This document shows, in pieces, positions 61,501 through 64,000 of a stretch of DNA of 64,000 nucleotides. Within the stretch, counting starts at the first letter, position 1. Every line of letters begins with the position of its first letter. The stretch spans positions 3,782,001 through 3,846,000 of the forward strand of contig CM120649.1 in assembly GCA_051362555.1 (NCBI GenBank). Reading direction: 5' to 3'. The position numbers and the translations under genes were made by a program. The notes beneath the pieces were generated by a model, which worked only from the letters and a program-made list of their open reading frames with translations, searched no databases and was not told the DNA's origin. This DNA is from Lingula anatina. Lineage: Eukaryota; Animalia; Brachiopoda.

Positions 61501-64000
61501 TCCCTAGAATTCTATGAATACATCTAAAGCTAAACCATCTGAGTTTGGATTCTTTTATATCTGTCAGGAGACGATTGTAGATAAGATTCCATGTTATTGC
61601 TTTATTAAAGAACCTTTCCCATTTTATTTCATTTTTAGGGGTTTCGTACAGTTTTTTTATAAACGTATCATAAATCACTTTACAGCCTTTTTTGTTTTTC
61701 CATATTATCATAAGCGGTTTGGGTATTTTCAGGTTATAGCCTAAGTTTTCTGTGTAACAGTTATTCCTTTTAAGGTTAAGTGTTGGGTCCCATGGTAAAT
61801 GCTCAGAGTCTTTTTTTAAACCTAGGTTCATATCTTGTTTTGTATCTCCCCTTTTATTTTAACTTTCTGATTAAAAAAATTCGCATTGCATTTGTTCCTT
61901 TAACTTCAAGAGCCCTGCCTACACAAACTCAGACGACAGCACGTACATCCTCCGCGAGAACCCGTCCACTCCCAGCGGTCAAGTGAGTTTTACGGCCACA
62001 GTGGACAGTCCAGTGGATGACCAAGTGGTGCGAATGGTCAGCCAGTCGGCCGGGGGTGAGTTGCGCGTTCTCAAATCTTGTTGAAAATATGTCCGGTTCC
62101 TGAATGATGTTGGTGTGTTGTTACAAACGACTGCTCTAGTTGTTAGACTTGTTCCAACAACTAGTGTCCATAAATTTAATTATAGTCAACTCAATTGATA
62201 AAATTAAAATAAATTAAAAATTTAAGGAGGAAGTGATGGGAGGGGGAATGGGGTGATTTAATTTCTGGAGTCGAGGCTACATGTAGGTCAACAACAATAG
62301 CCTCATTCCTTTGAGATCTTCAACGGACTACTGACTGATATGTTGGGTAAAAATGATGCCAGTTAAAGGCATCCAGAGCACGTTATATAACACAAAATAA
62401 AGTTTCTTGAAAATTCTGAAACTTATTCCTAAATCTCCATGGTACATGTAAGATATATCTAAATCCATTGAACATATTTTTAGTTTTATTTTTATCCTTA
62501 TTCTAGGTTTTAATTTTTTCCATCCTAACTGATTAATTTAATTTTAACAAATTCATTAAGTTTTTTATTAATCTTATTTTATCTATTTATTTATTTATCT
62601 GCTTTTTTTACAGGCGAATTTCAAGTTTTCGGTTGTCAAGAAAATTACCTTCTTCAATGTCCGACGGGAACACAGGTAGTCGTAACTAAGGGAATTGAGG
62701 GGAAACCGACGTCAACCTCGTCACCTCACCCAAATGACGGGAGATGTTACCATGTCAGGGGCGACTGTCAACAACCGATGCAGGTATGTCAAGTACATGT
62801 ACAGACGAACACGCCTCCTCTTGTTTCCAACGTACTCGCATAATCCTCTGTATTCTACTCAGTGCAGGAGAAGATTTGTTAATCTGTTAGTCTGATTGCA
62901 TTCAGCGAGAGTCCCCGAGGAGTGAGGTCGTATTAGCCAGGCCAACCTAACTCATTCCGGACAGCCCCTTAACTCTCATACTGAACACTTGCTCATGAGG
63001 CAGTCCAGATATAAAACCAAGTGTTTACTTTCAGAACGTATTCATGATGGACCTCACCCCAGATCAGAAGTACGTTCGTTTCCAAGACAGCAGACTCACC
63101 TGTAATGGGCAGACAACTAGAAGTGAATACGTCCACATCACTTACCGCTGTGAGGTACCGACCTCCCCTGCCCCCTCAACGACCACTCCTGTAGCCATGA
63201 CGACGACGACGACAGCGCCATCTACGTCAACAGAGCCTCCAGTGACTACAATGTATCCACAAACATTTACTACAACTGCTACAACAACAACTACAGCACC
63301 TACACCACCAGCAACAAGAACAACACCTACACCATCACCAACAACAACAATAAGAATAACTGCAACGACGCCGCCCACAACAAAAACGACAACTACACGA
63401 TCAGAGGCAATAATCTTACCAGTAGTTACATTACCAATAAGCACTCCCAGATCCCGCAGTTCTACAACAAAGGCAAACCTAAACCCTTATACATCGCAGT
63501 TCATATTCCACCCGGCCACTTGGCAACAAACAACTGGCACACAGACAACACAAAACTCTGCATCATTGAGTTCAGGCAACAACGCCATTGTTTTTCAGTT
63601 CAACCCGGCCACACACCCGCCAACAACAATTCCTCCTACAACTACAGCTACTCTTCCAATAACTTCAGCACCAAAACCTATGACTACAACCAGAATTCCA
63701 TCAACCACAACCACGCCACGTACAACTAAAATACTCACAACCACTACTACCACTCCAAAATCAACCACATACCTCCCTTCAACTACAAAACACGCATCAG
63801 TCACTAGAATTACCTTAACCAAACTTTCTTCAACCAGACCAACATCAAGTCCCAGTTATTCAGATTCAGTAACGTCAACAAGAACTGTTTCGACCACCCA
63901 ATCCACAACGTCAACCAGCCTACCAGCCACTACACAGAGTCAGACATCTACCACTTTGCAACCTGTCACAACTAGCACAATGAGGAACAACCAGGCGCAG
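55599..64000 (+). CDS. Secreted modular protein: signal peptide, 3x [CBM2-like beta domain + SUEL/Gal-lectin-like Cys domain + Thr/Pro linker], mucin-like PTS region (3' incomplete)
   Basis: Phase-consistent exons: 55599-55677 (MTRTKLSTLYATLILQLCIYVYSQIT). Module 1: 55955-56085, 57304-57451, 57823-57995, 58425-~58674 (donor could be 58638). Module 2: 58883-59013, 59350-59494, 59779-59951, 60231-60525. Module 3: 60682-60812, 61911-62055, 62614-62783, 63035->64000 (open Thr/Pro/Ser-rich frame). Confidence 0.85.
61328..61860 (-). mobile_element. Intronic L1/Tx1-type LINE fragment (C-terminal zf-RVT region)
   Basis: KLRWFSFRCIHRILGTKYLLFKYKIADNPHCNLC...EHLFIDC..AKNLWKQIENW. Confidence 0.82.

Noticed and set aside
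63142-63822. Val-rich minus-strand ORFs
   Set aside because: Antisense of the Thr-rich mucin exon.

Overview
AT-rich eukaryotic genomic DNA with GT-AG introns and microsatellites. It is probably from a marine invertebrate, likely a lophotrochozoan (inference only). There are six + strand host genes. (1) A secreted two-VWA-domain protein, with 6 exons visible and the 5' end not identified. (2) A spliced gene for a bacterial-type (Bacillus/V8-like, S1B) glutamyl endopeptidase with no visible signal peptide, a Ser/Asp-rich prosegment and a C-terminal PDZ-type ETTV. (3,4) Two paralogous type II membrane DxD glycosyltransferase-like genes with intronless CDS. (5) A FAM124 homologue. (6) A secreted protein of three [CBM2-like + SUEL-lectin-like + Thr/Pro linker] modules followed by a mucin stalk that runs off the window. 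Between the upstream region and coding exon of the second glycosyltransferase copy lies a ~14 kb nest of mobile elements. It holds a Tc1 fossil interrupted by a tRNA-SINE, two TTAA-flanked TIR elements sharing one target site, and an internally deleted BEL/Pao LTR element. These are followed by a Crypton-like hairpin, a CCCAG-type MITE, a decayed DIRS/Ngaro retroelement and a young CR1/L2-group LINE. All assignments come from manual reading and remembered family motifs; no searches were run.
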